From: an uncultured delta proteobacterium | GTDB taxonomy: Bacteria > Myxococcota_A > Polyangia > Polyangiales > Houyiibacteriaceae | DNA: 64,000 bases | Assembly: GCA_963699755.1 (NCBI GenBank) | Contig: CAVOVB010000001.1 | Coordinates: 608,001 to 672,000 of the forward strand | Direction of reading: 5' to 3' | Shown: positions 18,978-29,238 of the stretch, one piece after another | Numbering within the stretch: the stretch's first letter is position 1 | Layout of the letters: the number at the start of each line of letters is the position of its first letter | Position numbers and translations under genes: made by a program | The notes under the pieces: model-generated | What the model saw: only the letters and a program-made list of their open reading frames with translations | Databases searched by the model: none | Told to the model about the DNA's origin: nothing

Positions 18978-20717
18978 TCACGCCGGTGGTGGCGCGGAGG
19001 ATGGGAACACCACTTGGGACGGCGTCATGAATGGGCGCTTCTCGATGTCGACCTGCCGCTCGGGGAAGAAGTCTTCGAAGCAGAGCTTGCTGGTCGTGCG
19101 CAACTGGTCGGCAACGACCTCCGCCATCGAAGTGTCGAGGAGCATTCCCTGCTCGGCCAGGTCTCCCCGGAGCCGATGGCAAAGCTGGTCGATTCGTTGC
19201 AGCGCCGATAGATAGGAGCCGCGCCAGATCTCGAGATACGGCCGGTGGTCCATCGGGTTGGTCGAGAGCAAGCGGCGCAAGGTGTTCGACGGGAGAAAGG
19301 TGTACGAGCTGACCTCAGGATGTTTTCGAAGCGTGGCGTTGCGCGCTCGTTCGAAGCGAGTGAACGTAATGGTCCGAATGTCTTGGTCGATGTTGTAGAG
19401 CACGCCACGTCGATGGGCGACGCCCGGAAGCTTGGACACGTACGGAACGAATGGATCCAAGGTCATGACGAGCGTCGCATTTCGTTGGATCGCTTCGACG
19501 AAGTTGGAGGTTCGGGTGATCGCGCCGTCTTCGTAGTAGCGGCCCTCGATGGGCACGGACGAGAACGCTGGGTTGACGCTGAGCGAAGCTTGAACGGCCT
19601 TGCTGATCGGGACGTGGTCGTAGCCTTCGGAGCCGAACAGGACGTGCGATCGGGCGTCTTGATCGGACGCACCGACGTAGAGCTCGATCGGAAGCTTTCG
19701 AAAGTCGTTGGTGCTGCCGGCCATCTCTATGATCCGGCGCAGGATTACCTCGAATTCGGCGGAGTGAAACGGAGCACCGACCAGGCTCGTATACTCGAGA
19801 AAGAGCTTCTCGGCGGTGTCTTCCCCACGCCCTCGAACGCTATCCCAGAAGGCGCGAAGGGCAGTCTTGGCCGCGCTCGTCATGCGCCAGCGCATGTCCT
19901 GGTGATTGAAGTGCGAGAGGCGCAGGAGGCTCAGCGACAGCGGCGGGACGCGACCACCCTGCTCGTTCGCGATGCCGGCCATCAGCTCGTCGGGCGTGTA
20001 GCCAACCGAGAGAAGGCTCGTGACCACGGCGCCGGCACTGATGCCGAACATCATGTCGAAGTCGTTGACGCCGCAGTTGGTGAGGCAGTCGTCGATGCAC
20101 TTGAGCACGCCCATCTCATAATAGATACCAGTGATGCCTCCGCCCGACGCGCAGATCGCGGTCTTGCCAATGCGACGCGAGCTGGTGAGCTCGTCAGCGG
20201 TGCGAAGGATCTGCTCGGCGAAGCGCTCGTCGCTCGACCAGGCGGGAACGTCCTCCTGAAAAGCTTGCCGAACGACGTAGCGGACGCCTATGGCGCCGAG
20301 CTCGATGATCAGATCGTCGAGACGCTTGGCATCCGGACCCGACACCAAAACGACGATGCGGTGAAAGCCGTACCGTTGCTCGACGTCCTCGTCGTGGTCG
20401 AGCTCCCTCAAGAGCTGGCGAATCTCGGCGACGCGGTTTTCGAAGTTCTCGCACCAGCGAAGATCGACGAGCAACAGATTCACATAGGCGGATCGAAGTG
20501 CGCCGGTGGCACCTAGGGTGTCCCAGACGGGCACGAATTCGAGCTCGTGGCCTCGGATTCGAATCACGGGGTAGAGGTCGGACCGGACACGCTCGGCTCG
20601 GGGAGTAGCGCCCATGTCGTTGATGAGCGATTCGAAGCACTGCAGGCCCGAGCCGACGTAGAGCACGCGTTTGCGCGTTTTGCCTGGCTCATACTGGCAG
20701 GGGGCATCACGAGTCAT
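18978..20717 (-). CDS. Patatin-like phospholipase with N-terminal receiver-like domain
   Basis: SGGGITG, GISAG nucleophile elbow, YEDGA. Confidence 0.85.
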   Translation of the reverse strand: MTRDAPCQYEPGKTRKRVLYVGSGLQCFESLINDMGATPRAERVRSDLYPVIRIRGHELEFVPVWDTLGATGALRSAYVNLLLVDLRWCENFENRVAEIRQLLRELDHDEDVEQRYGFHRIVVLVSGPDAKRLDDLIIELGAIGVRYVVRQAFQEDVPAWSSDERFAEQILRTADELTSSRRIGKTAICASGGGITGIYYEMGVLKCIDDCLTNCGVNDFDMMFGISAGAVVTSLLSVGYTPDELMAGIANEQGGRVPPLSLSLLRLSHFNHQDMRWRMTSAAKTALRAFWDSVRGRGEDTAEKLFLEYTSLVGAPFHSAEFEVILRRIIEMAGSTNDFRKLPIELYVGASDQDARSHVLFGSEGYDHVPISKAVQASLSVNPAFSSVPIEGRYYEDGAITRTSNFVEAIQRNATLVMTLDPFVPYVSKLPGVAHRRGVLYNIDQDIRTITFTRFERARNATLRKHPEVSSYTFLPSNTLRRLLSTNPMDHRPYLEIWRGSYLSALQRIDQLCHRLRGDLAEQGMLLDTSMAEVVADQLRTTSKLCFEDFFPERQVDIEKRPFMTPSQVVFPSSAPPPA

Positions 20718-20725
20718 GAGAGGAG

Positions 20726-21058
20726 TCAGCTCTTCGGGGGTAGCGACCTGGCATAGGACAAACCCTGCTCTAGCCAGGCCTCGAGGCTAGGCGCCGGCCG
20801 GATACCGCGCGGGCCGACATATACCATGCCTTTCATCGGTCGGCCCGTGAAGTCCATCGCGCGTGCACCGGGCTTCTTCAGAGCCGCGTCGTACGCCTCG
20901 GGCCCCACACGCACCATCAGCTCGTCGCCGATGATCCCGCAGGCCATGTGCCCATTCACCAAGAACGCCAGCCCACCGAACATCTTCTTTTCGCCTATGC
21001 CGCGCCGACGTTTCAGGAGCTCACGTACTCGCTCAGCGAGCTTCTCGTCGTATGCCAT
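20726..21058 (-). CDS. TfoX/Sxy N-terminal domain protein
   Basis: MAYDEKLAERVR, EKKMFGGLAF, MDFTGRPMKGMVYV. Confidence 0.9.
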   Translation of the reverse strand: MAYDEKLAERVRELLKRRRGIGEKKMFGGLAFLVNGHMACGIIGDELMVRVGPEAYDAALKKPGARAMDFTGRPMKGMVYVGPRGIRPAPSLEAWLEQGLSYARSLPPKS

Positions 21059-21062
21059 GGGC

Positions 21063-22550
21063 TCAGATGTACTTGATGCTGAGGTCGATGAGGAGCTGCT
21101 TGAACTTGGTGAATGGCGCCGTCATCAGATCGATCCCACTGAGGGGCAACCACTGCTTGAGCACGCCGCGTGCGTTCGAGAACGCCTCGAAGCCGAAGAA
21201 ACCGTGGCCCTTGCCTATGCCGCTATTGTTGGAGCCGCCGAAGGGCAGATCGCTGTTGAAGAAGTGGATCGCGTTGTGATTGATGCAAGTGCCACCCGCG
21301 CGGGTGCTGGAGATGATCTGGTCGATGTTCCGTTTGTTCTTGCTGTAGATGTAGAGCGCGAGTGGCTTTTCCTTCGAATTGATCATCTCGATCGGCTCGT
21401 CGAGCGACGAGTAGCCGTACACCGGAAGCATGGGCCCAAAGATCTCCTCGGTCATCAGGTCCGATCTCGGATCGACGTCGGTCAACACGGTCGGCTCGAT
21501 GTAGTCCTCGCTGCCTTCGGTGCCGCCGCCGTAGGCCAGCGTGGCGCCCCGCTGCTTGGCGTCCTCGAGATATTTGGAGAGCCGTTGGTAGTGTCTGTGG
21601 TTGACGATCCGTGCGTAGGAGTCCGAGCGTCGCGCGTCGAGCCCATAGAAGTCCTCTATGTTTTTTTTGAGCTTCTCCAGAAACTCTTCCTTTTTGCTCT
21701 CGTGCACGAACAGATAGTCGGGAGCGATGCAGATCTGACCGTTGTTGGTGAATTTGGCCCAAGCGATACGCTTCGCGGCAACGTCGAGGTTTGCGGTTTC
21801 GTCGACGATGGTGGGCGACTTGCCACCAAGCTCGAGCGTCACCGAGCAGAGATGCTTCGCGGCCGCCTCCATCACGACCTTGCCGATCGCCGGGGCGCCC
21901 GTGAAAAAGATGTGATTGAACGGCTGGCTCAGAAGAGCGGTCGAAGTTTCGACACCGCCTTCGATGACTGCGACTTCGCTTTCGTCGAAGACAGATTCGA
22001 TGATCTTTCTGGTGAGCGCGGAGGCGTGAGGCGTGTGTTCGGAGGGTTTGATCACGACCGTGTTCCCGGCCGCAAGCGCGGTCACGAGGGGACCAAAGGT
22101 TAGAGTGATGGGGAAGTTCCAAGGGGCGATAATCAACACAACGCCTTTGGGCTCGTAGTGAATGTAGGAGCGCGTCCCCAGCAGCATCAGGGGCGTCTTG
22201 ACTCGGTGCGGGCGCGTCCATTTCGAAAGGTGGCGCACCGTGTGCTTGATCTCGCTGGTGACCGGAAGGATCTCGGTCAGGTCGACCTCGCTCGGATTCT
22301 TTCGAAAATCCGAATAGAGCGCATCGCGAATCTCCTGCCTGTGGGCCAGCACCGCTTTGCCGAGCCGCTTCAGCTTCTCCTTGCGCTCCCGCGCGGTGCT
22401 CCGGGCGATCGCGTATTGTCGACCTCGTTGAAGTGCGAAAATCCGCTCGACCTCAGCTGTGTTGGAGTCGATTCCACGCTCTATTCCTGAAGCCTGATGG
22501 GCGCCGTTGCGGCTCACCTCGGTGCTGACCGGAGCTGGGGACTGCGACAT
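21063..22550 (-). CDS. Aldehyde dehydrogenase (ALDH3/fatty aldehyde type)
   Basis: IAPWNFP, FTG, LELGGKSP, GQICIAPDY, EEIFGP, PFGG. Confidence 0.95.
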   Translation of the reverse strand: MSQSPAPVSTEVSRNGAHQASGIERGIDSNTAEVERIFALQRGRQYAIARSTARERKEKLKRLGKAVLAHRQEIRDALYSDFRKNPSEVDLTEILPVTSEIKHTVRHLSKWTRPHRVKTPLMLLGTRSYIHYEPKGVVLIIAPWNFPITLTFGPLVTALAAGNTVVIKPSEHTPHASALTRKIIESVFDESEVAVIEGGVETSTALLSQPFNHIFFTGAPAIGKVVMEAAAKHLCSVTLELGGKSPTIVDETANLDVAAKRIAWAKFTNNGQICIAPDYLFVHESKKEEFLEKLKKNIEDFYGLDARRSDSYARIVNHRHYQRLSKYLEDAKQRGATLAYGGGTEGSEDYIEPTVLTDVDPRSDLMTEEIFGPMLPVYGYSSLDEPIEMINSKEKPLALYIYSKNKRNIDQIISSTRAGGTCINHNAIHFFNSDLPFGGSNNSGIGKGHGFFGFEAFSNARGVLKQWLPLSGIDLMTAPFTKFKQLLIDLSIKYI

Positions 22551-22641
22551 GTTCTGAACCTTCTGTGAGGAGGGGTAGGCCCGAGTGATGCGACTCGGAT
22601 TTGAGGGTGATCAAGAGGATGATTGGCGGCGCTTCAGATTG

Positions 22642-22876
22642 TCAAGCAGCGACCTCTGCGGCGATCTTCTCCGATACTTCCCAGAGCTTGGCGGCCATCT
22701 CTTCATCCCGGCCGTGCGTGCTCGACTCGTCGCAGCCCGCGAAATACTTGCCCGACAGCCCTTGGACTTCCGGATGGACGGCGAGATGGCACAGCGTCGC
22801 CCGTTACGTCCTCGGCGCTGCTTCCATCGCCAAATCCGCTCGGACCCTTGCCCTTGAACATCGAGAGTAGGGACAT
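22642..22876 (-). pseudogene. Internally deleted SDR (retinol dehydrogenase/WWOX-like) remnant
   Basis: N-terminus MSLLSMFKGKGPSGFGDGSSAEDVTG joined out of frame to C-terminus LAVHPEVQGLSGKYFAGC...DEEMAAKLWEVSEKI; catalytic core absent. Confidence 0.7.
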
Positions 22877-22893
22877 GCTCGGTTTTCTAGCGC

Positions 22894-24291
22894 TCAGTAG
22901 AACCCGGTACAAGCGTCGACGTCGATGCAGTTCTGGAGCGCGCAATCCGAGCACTCTTGGGAGCCTGCGTCCGCCAAACAAGGCGAGAGGCAGAAGGCCG
23001 TCGAGCAGGCGGCGATGGAGCCGTAGCAGCCCGTGCAGGCGGTCGAAAGCCCACTTTGGTCGCTGATGCACTCAGCAATGCAGGTGCCGAGCGCGTTGCG
23101 CGTCGTCTCCGAGCGATCGCCGAGCACGGCCACGATCTCGGCACCGCAGGCACTCTGCGGACAGCCGGCGGCAAGCATTCCCACGATTGCGGGCCCGCTC
23201 TGCTCATCGGTTGCCAGTGCCTCGAGCGCGGCCTGGTCGGCATCGTTCAAGCACTGGTCCAAGGGCGTTGGGATGACCCCGGCGCCACCCGTGCCACCGC
23301 TACCGCCTGCCCCGCCCCGGAGGGTTTCGCTCACGATGAAGGCCTGGACCCCGCCAAACCGGAACATCGTGCTGAACGAAGTGCAGAGGCCGCTGCTTTC
23401 GTCGTAGTCGCCGTCTGCAAGCTCGGCCATCGCTACCTCGAACTCATCGATCGTGAAGTTCGCGGCATTGTCGTTGTCGGTCGTCGGCACGCCGATGATG
23501 TCTCGAATGTTGGCCACGTCCCAGTAGCCGGAGACCGTTCCCTCGAAGGCGTCGTCTCGGAGCTCGACCCTCAGCCAACTATCGTGAAGCAAGAGCTCAT
23601 CGCGCACGATCATGATGTCAATCGGAAAAAGGAGATCGAGCGGGCCAGCTACCAGTACGCCGTCGACCACGGCCCCCTCGACCGAGCCGCTGTGATATCG
23701 GGAGTCGGGGTGAATGCCCAGCGTGGCGCCAGGCAAGACCGAGTTGTCTGTACCGAGCGCGGGCGCGTCCTCACTGCTGAAGATCTGCACGCGAACCTCG
23801 TCGTCGTTCCGAGGGTCGTCGAGGCCCTCGACCTGCAGAAGAATCGTCATCGAGCCGTTCTTGACCGCCCCTGCGATGACACCGTCGACCAGTTGCCCTT
23901 CATGAAAGCCGCCGAAAACCGGCTTTCCGTCTTCGCGGAGCGCTTCGTTGCGAATGATTTCGAGAAAGCCGTAGTCGACGCCGGGGACCTGCGCCCGGCT
24001 CGTCCAGTCGTCGTGAGCGCACTCATCGCTTCCCGGCGCGTCGCTGCTCGAGACACGGCCGTCGAGATCAAAGCCATCGATGCCGGCCGCAGGGTCCTCG
24101 GGGTAGTAGAAGCCAAACGAGGACGCCACGAAGCCGAGGCCGGGCAGGACTTCTGGCCCCGCTGCTTCGTTTGTGCCACCGCTCCCAACGCTGTTGGGTG
24201 CCGATGAGGTGTCGCCGCCGCAGCCGAACAAGAACACGCCAACGGCCGAAGCGACGACACATTGGACTGCGTTGGTGACGCGCTTGTTCAC
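22894..24291 (-). CDS. Hypothetical lipoprotein with Cys-rich C-terminal domain
   Basis: LFGC lipobox, GFDLDG, Gly linker, many CxxC/CxxxC at the C-terminus. Confidence 0.8.
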   Translation of the reverse strand: MNKRVTNAVQCVVASAVGVFLFGCGGDTSSAPNSVGSGGTNEAAGPEVLPGLGFVASSFGFYYPEDPAAGIDGFDLDGRVSSSDAPGSDECAHDDWTSRAQVPGVDYGFLEIIRNEALREDGKPVFGGFHEGQLVDGVIAGAVKNGSMTILLQVEGLDDPRNDDEVRVQIFSSEDAPALGTDNSVLPGATLGIHPDSRYHSGSVEGAVVDGVLVAGPLDLLFPIDIMIVRDELLLHDSWLRVELRDDAFEGTVSGYWDVANIRDIIGVPTTDNDNAANFTIDEFEVAMAELADGDYDESSGLCTSFSTMFRFGGVQAFIVSETLRGGAGGSGGTGGAGVIPTPLDQCLNDADQAALEALATDEQSGPAIVGMLAAGCPQSACGAEIVAVLGDRSETTRNALGTCIAECISDQSGLSTACTGCYGSIAACSTAFCLSPCLADAGSQECSDCALQNCIDVDACTGFY

Positions 24292-24300
24292 GGCCGTTCC

Positions 24301-25164
24301 TTAGTTGAGCTTGTCACAGGTCATGAGAGCATTGCTCGCCACGGGTGAAACCGCGACGTACCCGTTGAAAAACGCTTCGACATCGTTGGGAGGGGCAGTC
24401 ACCTCGGATTCGCAGTCTTGCGGGCCGCCAATGATAGGCCAGTCGTTCGGATTCTCGGTGGCCAGGGGCACCTCGAGAGTGCCCCGAATCGAGCCCGTTT
24501 CGCAGCTGGGGATGTTGATGCTGCTGATGTTCTCGACGGAGGCGTTGCCGGCGAGGAGTGAAGCCCGATTGGCCTGCAACCAGACCAAGACTGCGGCGAC
24601 CCCGGCCTCGTAGTCGAGGGGCCCATCCCCGGCGACCCCGCCCTGTGAGGCGGCCAATGCCGGAACACCAAGGCACGCGGCGGTTTTCGCTGCTCCGACG
24701 GTGCCCGAAAGACCAGATGCCAGAAGGGTCTGTCCGATCGGGATGGCGCCGAGGTTCTGGCCTTCGTTGATGCCGGACAGAACGACGTGAGGAGCCGCGT
24801 CAGTGAAGAGGTTCTCGAGCGCATAGATGACCGAATCGGCGGGGGTACCTTCCACTGCAGTTGCGGGATAGCCGCTTGCGGTCGTGGCTTGTGTGGCCTG
24901 AAGCGGAGGCGGGCTGGTCGAGTCGCCCGTGCCGCTCTGGTCCATCGCGGGTGCGGAAACGGTGAGCACGATGCCGGGGTCGTCTCTCAAAGCTTCGACG
25001 ATCGCATCGATGCCCTCCGCGCCCACGCCGTCATCGTTGGTCACCAGAACGCGGATAGGAGCGGCGGGAGCTTGGTCTGAATCGCTGCTGCAGGCGAGGA
25101 GCAAGGTCATCGTGACGCTCAGAGCAATAAAAAGCACGAGCGATAATCGTTCAATTCCAACCAT
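24301..25164 (-). CDS. surE: SurE-family 5'/3'-nucleotidase, predicted lipoprotein
   Basis: VLVTNDDG, DQSG, GTPAD, SGINEGQNLG, SGTVGAA; LLAC lipobox. Confidence 0.88.
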   Translation of the reverse strand: MVGIERLSLVLFIALSVTMTLLLACSSDSDQAPAAPIRVLVTNDDGVGAEGIDAIVEALRDDPGIVLTVSAPAMDQSGTGDSTSPPPLQATQATTASGYPATAVEGTPADSVIYALENLFTDAAPHVVLSGINEGQNLGAIPIGQTLLASGLSGTVGAAKTAACLGVPALAASQGGVAGDGPLDYEAGVAAVLVWLQANRASLLAGNASVENISSINIPSCETGSIRGTLEVPLATENPNDWPIIGGPQDCESEVTAPPNDVEAFFNGYVAVSPVASNALMTCDKLN

Positions 25165-25522
25165 GCACGCGATACTAGAAACAAGCCCTGGCGAGCGCAA
25201 TAGGCGCCAGATGCGGAGATGGGAACCAGGCCAACCAGGGCAGATCTGATCTGGGTCGCTTGCCGGGAGAATTAGGGGAGGAATGGCTCAGCAGAGCGTT
25301 GCAAGCCGAGCTGAGTGGTCACGACAGCAGTGACCAGGTCATCGCGATGCTCAGCGAGTCATTCGGTGACGCCCATCGACACATCAGGGTGGGCGAGCAC
25401 GTCGTGGCGGCGGAGCCCGATGGAAGGCCGCTCGGACCGCTAATTCCGAGAAATACAGCGGAAACAGCCCCGGACCTTCGTTGCCCGAGAGCAAGAGTCG
25501 GGCTAGAACACGCAGTGAATTT

Positions 25523-26815
25523 ATGAGTACAAAAGCAAAGCTCGACTACGACAACACCAACTACGAGATGCCAATCGTCGAAGGCTCTTACGACGAACGC
25601 GCGATCGACATTCGCAGGCTACGTAAGGACACCGGCCTCATCACCCTCGACTCTGGGTTCATGAACACCGGGGCAACCGAAAGCCAAATCACCTATATCA
25701 ACGGTGAAGAGGGGATTCTGCTCTACCGCGGCTACCCCATCGAGCAGCTGGCAGAGCATTCGTCGTTCACCGAGACGAGCTACCTGCTCATCTATGGTGA
25801 GCTTCCCACGCAGACGCAACTCGACGACTTTTCCGAGATGCTGACCTATCACAGCATGATCCATGAAGACATGCGCCATTTCTTCGACGGCTTTCCGTCA
25901 CGTGCACATCCGATGGCGATCTTGTCGTCGATGGTGAGCGCGCTATCCGCGTACTATCCGGACAGCCTCGAACCGGACTCTCACAACATCACGCACATTG
26001 CCCGACTCCTTTCGAAGCTTCGTACCATCGCCGCATTCAGCTTTCAGAAGGGCCAGGGGCGACCGGTCGCCTACCCGAAGAACAGCCTCGGCTACTGCGC
26101 GAACTTCCTCTACATGATGTTTTCCCATCCTGCCGAGCCCACGTACGAGCCCGACCCAGAGATGGTCAAGGCGCTCAACGTGTTGTTGATCCTGCACGCC
26201 GATCACGAGCAGAACTGCTCGACGTCGACCGTCCGTCTCGTCGGATCGAGCCAGGCAAACTTGTATGCGGCGATCAGCGCGGGCATCTCGGCCCTCTGGG
26301 GGCCGTTGCACGGTGGAGCCAACCAGGCCGTCATCGAAATGCTGAACGAGATCCGGAATGAAGGCGGCGACTGCAACGCGTTCATGGAGCACGTGAAGAA
26401 CCGCGAACGACGATTGATGGGCTTTGGGCACCGCGTGTACAAGAACTTCGACCCACGCGCGACGATCCTCAAGAAGTACGCAGACCGTCTGTTGAGCCAT
26501 CTGAAGATCGAAGACCCGCTCTTCGACATCGCGCGGCAGCTCGAAGAGGTCGCGCTCTCCGACGACTACTTCATCAAACGCAAGCTCTACCCCAACGTGG
26601 ATTTCTACAGCGGCATCCTCTATCGTGCGATGGGCATCCCGACCGATATGTTCACTGTGCTCTTCGCGCTGGGGCGAATCCCAGGGTGGATCGCGCACTG
26701 GAAAGAGATGATGGAAGACCCGGACGTTCGTATCGGACGTCCCCGCCAGATCTACACCGGCGCGACGCGGCGCGACTACGTGCCTCGAGAAAGCCGCCTG
26801 CCCCCGGCGCCCTAA
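25523..26815 (+). CDS. gltA: Citrate synthase (type II)
   Basis: LHADHEQNCST, WGPLHGGAN, MGFGHRVYKNFDPRA, YPNVDFYSG. Confidence 0.97.
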   Translation: MSTKAKLDYDNTNYEMPIVEGSYDERAIDIRRLRKDTGLITLDSGFMNTGATESQITYINGEEGILLYRGYPIEQLAEHSSFTETSYLLIYGELPTQTQLDDFSEMLTYHSMIHEDMRHFFDGFPSRAHPMAILSSMVSALSAYYPDSLEPDSHNITHIARLLSKLRTIAAFSFQKGQGRPVAYPKNSLGYCANFLYMMFSHPAEPTYEPDPEMVKALNVLLILHADHEQNCSTSTVRLVGSSQANLYAAISAGISALWGPLHGGANQAVIEMLNEIRNEGGDCNAFMEHVKNRERRLMGFGHRVYKNFDPRATILKKYADRLLSHLKIEDPLFDIARQLEEVALSDDYFIKRKLYPNVDFYSGILYRAMGIPTDMFTVLFALGRIPGWIAHWKEMMEDPDVRIGRPRQIYTGATRRDYVPRESRLPPAP

Positions 26816-26830
26816 CGACTCGGGGAGCGC

Positions 26831-27262
26831 TTAGGGCATGTTGAAGACGTAGCTCTTCTCTTCGACTCGTCGGCTAATCCTCCAGCCGGCCCCGGTTCGT
26901 CGATATTCGTCCACGTACCAGAGGCCGCACATGAAGATGTGCGTCTTGCCGTCGGGCATCGAAATCTCTTGGGGGTTGAAGCACATGACGCGACCCGTCG
27001 CCTTGTCGCCATCGACCCGGATCTGGGCGTTGGCGTTGAGGTGTTGATGGTTGGGAAACATGCCCATCACTTGATGCAGAAACGCGATGATCTCGTCGCG
27101 GCCGCCGACCGGCGCCCCGAATGCGCTGTAGTCGATGTGTGCATCCTCGGTGAAGACCTTTCGAAGGTCGTCAAACCGCTTCTGATCGATGATGGAAGAG
27201 TAGTCGTAGATGAGGTCCTGGATCTCGAGACGGTCGGAGATCTCCTGCAGTGACAAGGTCAT
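26831..27262 (-). CDS. NTF2-like / SnoaL-like protein
   Basis: ISDRLEIQDL, FTEDAHIDY, YVDEYRRT..GWRI. Confidence 0.9.
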   Translation of the reverse strand: MTLSLQEISDRLEIQDLIYDYSSIIDQKRFDDLRKVFTEDAHIDYSAFGAPVGGRDEIIAFLHQVMGMFPNHQHLNANAQIRVDGDKATGRVMCFNPQEISMPDGKTHIFMCGLWYVDEYRRTGAGWRISRRVEEKSYVFNMP

Positions 27263-27388
27263 CGATGCTCCTTTTTCTTGGGCTCCAAAGCTGAGAGTAG
27301 ACCTCGAGCATTGGGCCGCAAGATGGCGGACTGAGAACCACTTCCGATCGCGCGCCCGAGCTCCTATACTCGGAGCGCGACCGGGGAG

Positions 27389-28180
27389 ATGGCTATGAAG
27401 GCACTTCTCTTCGACATGGACGGTGTGCTCTATCAGGGTGATCGGGTCATCAAGGGCGCGGTGGAAACTCTACACTGGTGCGAGCAGCGCGGAATTCCGC
27501 ATCTGTTCGTGACCAACACGAGCTCCAAGCCGAGACGGGCTCTGGTCGAGCGCCTCTCGGCCATGGGGTTGTCGGTATCGGCAGAAGAGGTCTTCGCGCC
27601 GCCCGTTGCTGCGCACGAGTACCTGACTGCGAAGAAGGCAACGCCCGCCGCACTCTTCGTTCGCGCGCCGACGCGAGAAGACTTTGAAGGGCTCGAGGTC
27701 GTCGGCGATTCGGATGAGCAGGGTGCACGGAGCGTGGTCATCGGCGACATTGGTGAGGCATGGGACTTTCGCACTTTGAATCGTGCGTTTCGTCTTCTGA
27801 TGGCAGAGCCACGGCCGGTGTTGATCGCGCTCGGGATGTCGCGGTATGCGCAGGGCGAGGACGGGCTGGTCTTGGATGTCGCGCCATTCGTCAAGGCCCT
27901 CGAGCACGCGGCAGACTGCGAGGCGGTCGTCATGGGAAAGCCGGCGAAGCATTTCTTCGATGCCGCGATTCGCAAGCTCGGGACGACCGCGGCCGAGACT
28001 GTCATGGTCGGCGATGATATTTGGAGCGACGTGGCGGGGGCACAAGCAGCCGGGCTCGCTGGGGTTTTGGTCCGGACAGGCAAATTTCGACCCGCAAACC
28101 TCGAAGGAGACCTCCGGCCAGATGCTGTTCTGGATTCTGTGGCCGATCTGCCTCGATGGTGGGAGAATCAGCATTGCTGA
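27389..28180 (+). CDS. HAD-IIA hydrolase (LHPP-like)
   Basis: FDMDGVLY, VTNTS, MGKP, MVGDDIWSDVAGA, VRTGKFR. Confidence 0.92.
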   Translation: MAMKALLFDMDGVLYQGDRVIKGAVETLHWCEQRGIPHLFVTNTSSKPRRALVERLSAMGLSVSAEEVFAPPVAAHEYLTAKKATPAALFVRAPTREDFEGLEVVGDSDEQGARSVVIGDIGEAWDFRTLNRAFRLLMAEPRPVLIALGMSRYAQGEDGLVLDVAPFVKALEHAADCEAVVMGKPAKHFFDAAIRKLGTTAAETVMVGDDIWSDVAGAQAAGLAGVLVRTGKFRPANLEGDLRPDAVLDSVADLPRWWENQHC

Positions 28181-29238
28181 TGAGTGAACCCTTCAACGCA
28201 AGCCTCAAGGCACACGAGCTCCCCCGCGAGACCCTCGTCGACTTGTGGCATCGGACCGTGCAGGCTCACGAAAAGCTATTCGAGACCTGGTTTGCAGCTG
28301 TTCGTGAGAAGTACGGAGAAGACCTGGCGAATGCGGTAGCGCGCCGCGGCTGGCCGCTCACAGACACCGGCGCGACCCCGAAGGAGCTCTTCTTGGACGA
28401 TTTGAGATTCATCGTCGCGGCAACCGAGCTCAAGCCCGACATGCTCACCGTCGCCGTTCGGGACCAAGCCGAAACCCCTGCGGAGCTATCGAGCGGCCGC
28501 TCTTGGTTCCAGCTGCTCGTGTCGGCTTCGCGCCTGTCGAGCGGCTGGGCAAAGTCCTCCACAGGGAGGCCCGCCTGGGTGGGCAGTCCGGGCCGTCTTC
28601 GCGGCTTTGCGCGGGGCAAAGGTATCGACCTCGGGTTCAAGGTGCTTTTGAAGGCGTGGCAGGTGTCGCAGGGCACGCGGGTCTCTGAGATCGACATCGA
28701 GGCTTTCGAACAGAAGGTGGCGAGCGTCTACGACGAAAAGACTCTTGCGCTCTTGTGGAACTACGCCGCGCTTGCGTACATGCTCGGTACCGACCGTTGG
28801 TACACCGGCATACGTGACCGCTACGGGTACGACGCTGCGCAGAAGCTCGAGAAAGACGTGTGGATCGATCGCGGCGCCGCCGAGCACGACCTGCGCATTG
28901 GGCAGGAGGCAATGGGAGTGACCAGTGACGATGTTGAAGGCTTGCTTCGTAGCTTCCAGTTCGCGCCGGGCGAGGTGGGCATCCTGGACGTCGAGTTCGA
29001 GCTGGTCGACGAGAACCACGGGATCATGACACACCGCGCCTGCCCTGCCCTGGATCGCTTCGAGCACTTCGACGACGTCCGACTCAAACACTGCTGCGAC
29101 ATCTGCATTGCGGGCATGCCGATCTCCGGCGAGATGCTCAACCCGAAAATCGAGTGTAAGCCCTTGAAGCTCCCGCCCCGTGTCGACGCAAATGACATCG
29201 CGTGTCGCTGGGAGTACCGCTTACGCGATCAGTCCTGA
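28180..29238 (+). CDS. DUF6125-like protein with duplicated N-terminal module
   Basis: W(F/Y)xx(V/I)R(E/D)(K/R)YG occurs twice; C-terminal CP...CC..C...NPKIEC..LPP....CRWEY. Confidence 0.6.
   Translation: MSEPFNASLKAHELPRETLVDLWHRTVQAHEKLFETWFAAVREKYGEDLANAVARRGWPLTDTGATPKELFLDDLRFIVAATELKPDMLTVAVRDQAETPAELSSGRSWFQLLVSASRLSSGWAKSSTGRPAWVGSPGRLRGFARGKGIDLGFKVLLKAWQVSQGTRVSEIDIEAFEQKVASVYDEKTLALLWNYAALAYMLGTDRWYTGIRDRYGYDAAQKLEKDVWIDRGAAEHDLRIGQEAMGVTSDDVEGLLRSFQFAPGEVGILDVEFELVDENHGIMTHRACPALDRFEHFDDVRLKHCCDICIAGMPISGEMLNPKIECKPLKLPPRVDANDIACRWEYRLRDQS

Noticed and set aside
18978..20717. Patatin as a CBASS/antiphage effector
   Set aside because: No CD-NTase or other defence genes nearby
25200..25520. 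Small ORF or riboswitch upstream of gltA (ggggagga-ATG, 16 codons; 88-aa ORF)
   Set aside because: No recognisable motif or family, and the RBS spacing is too short
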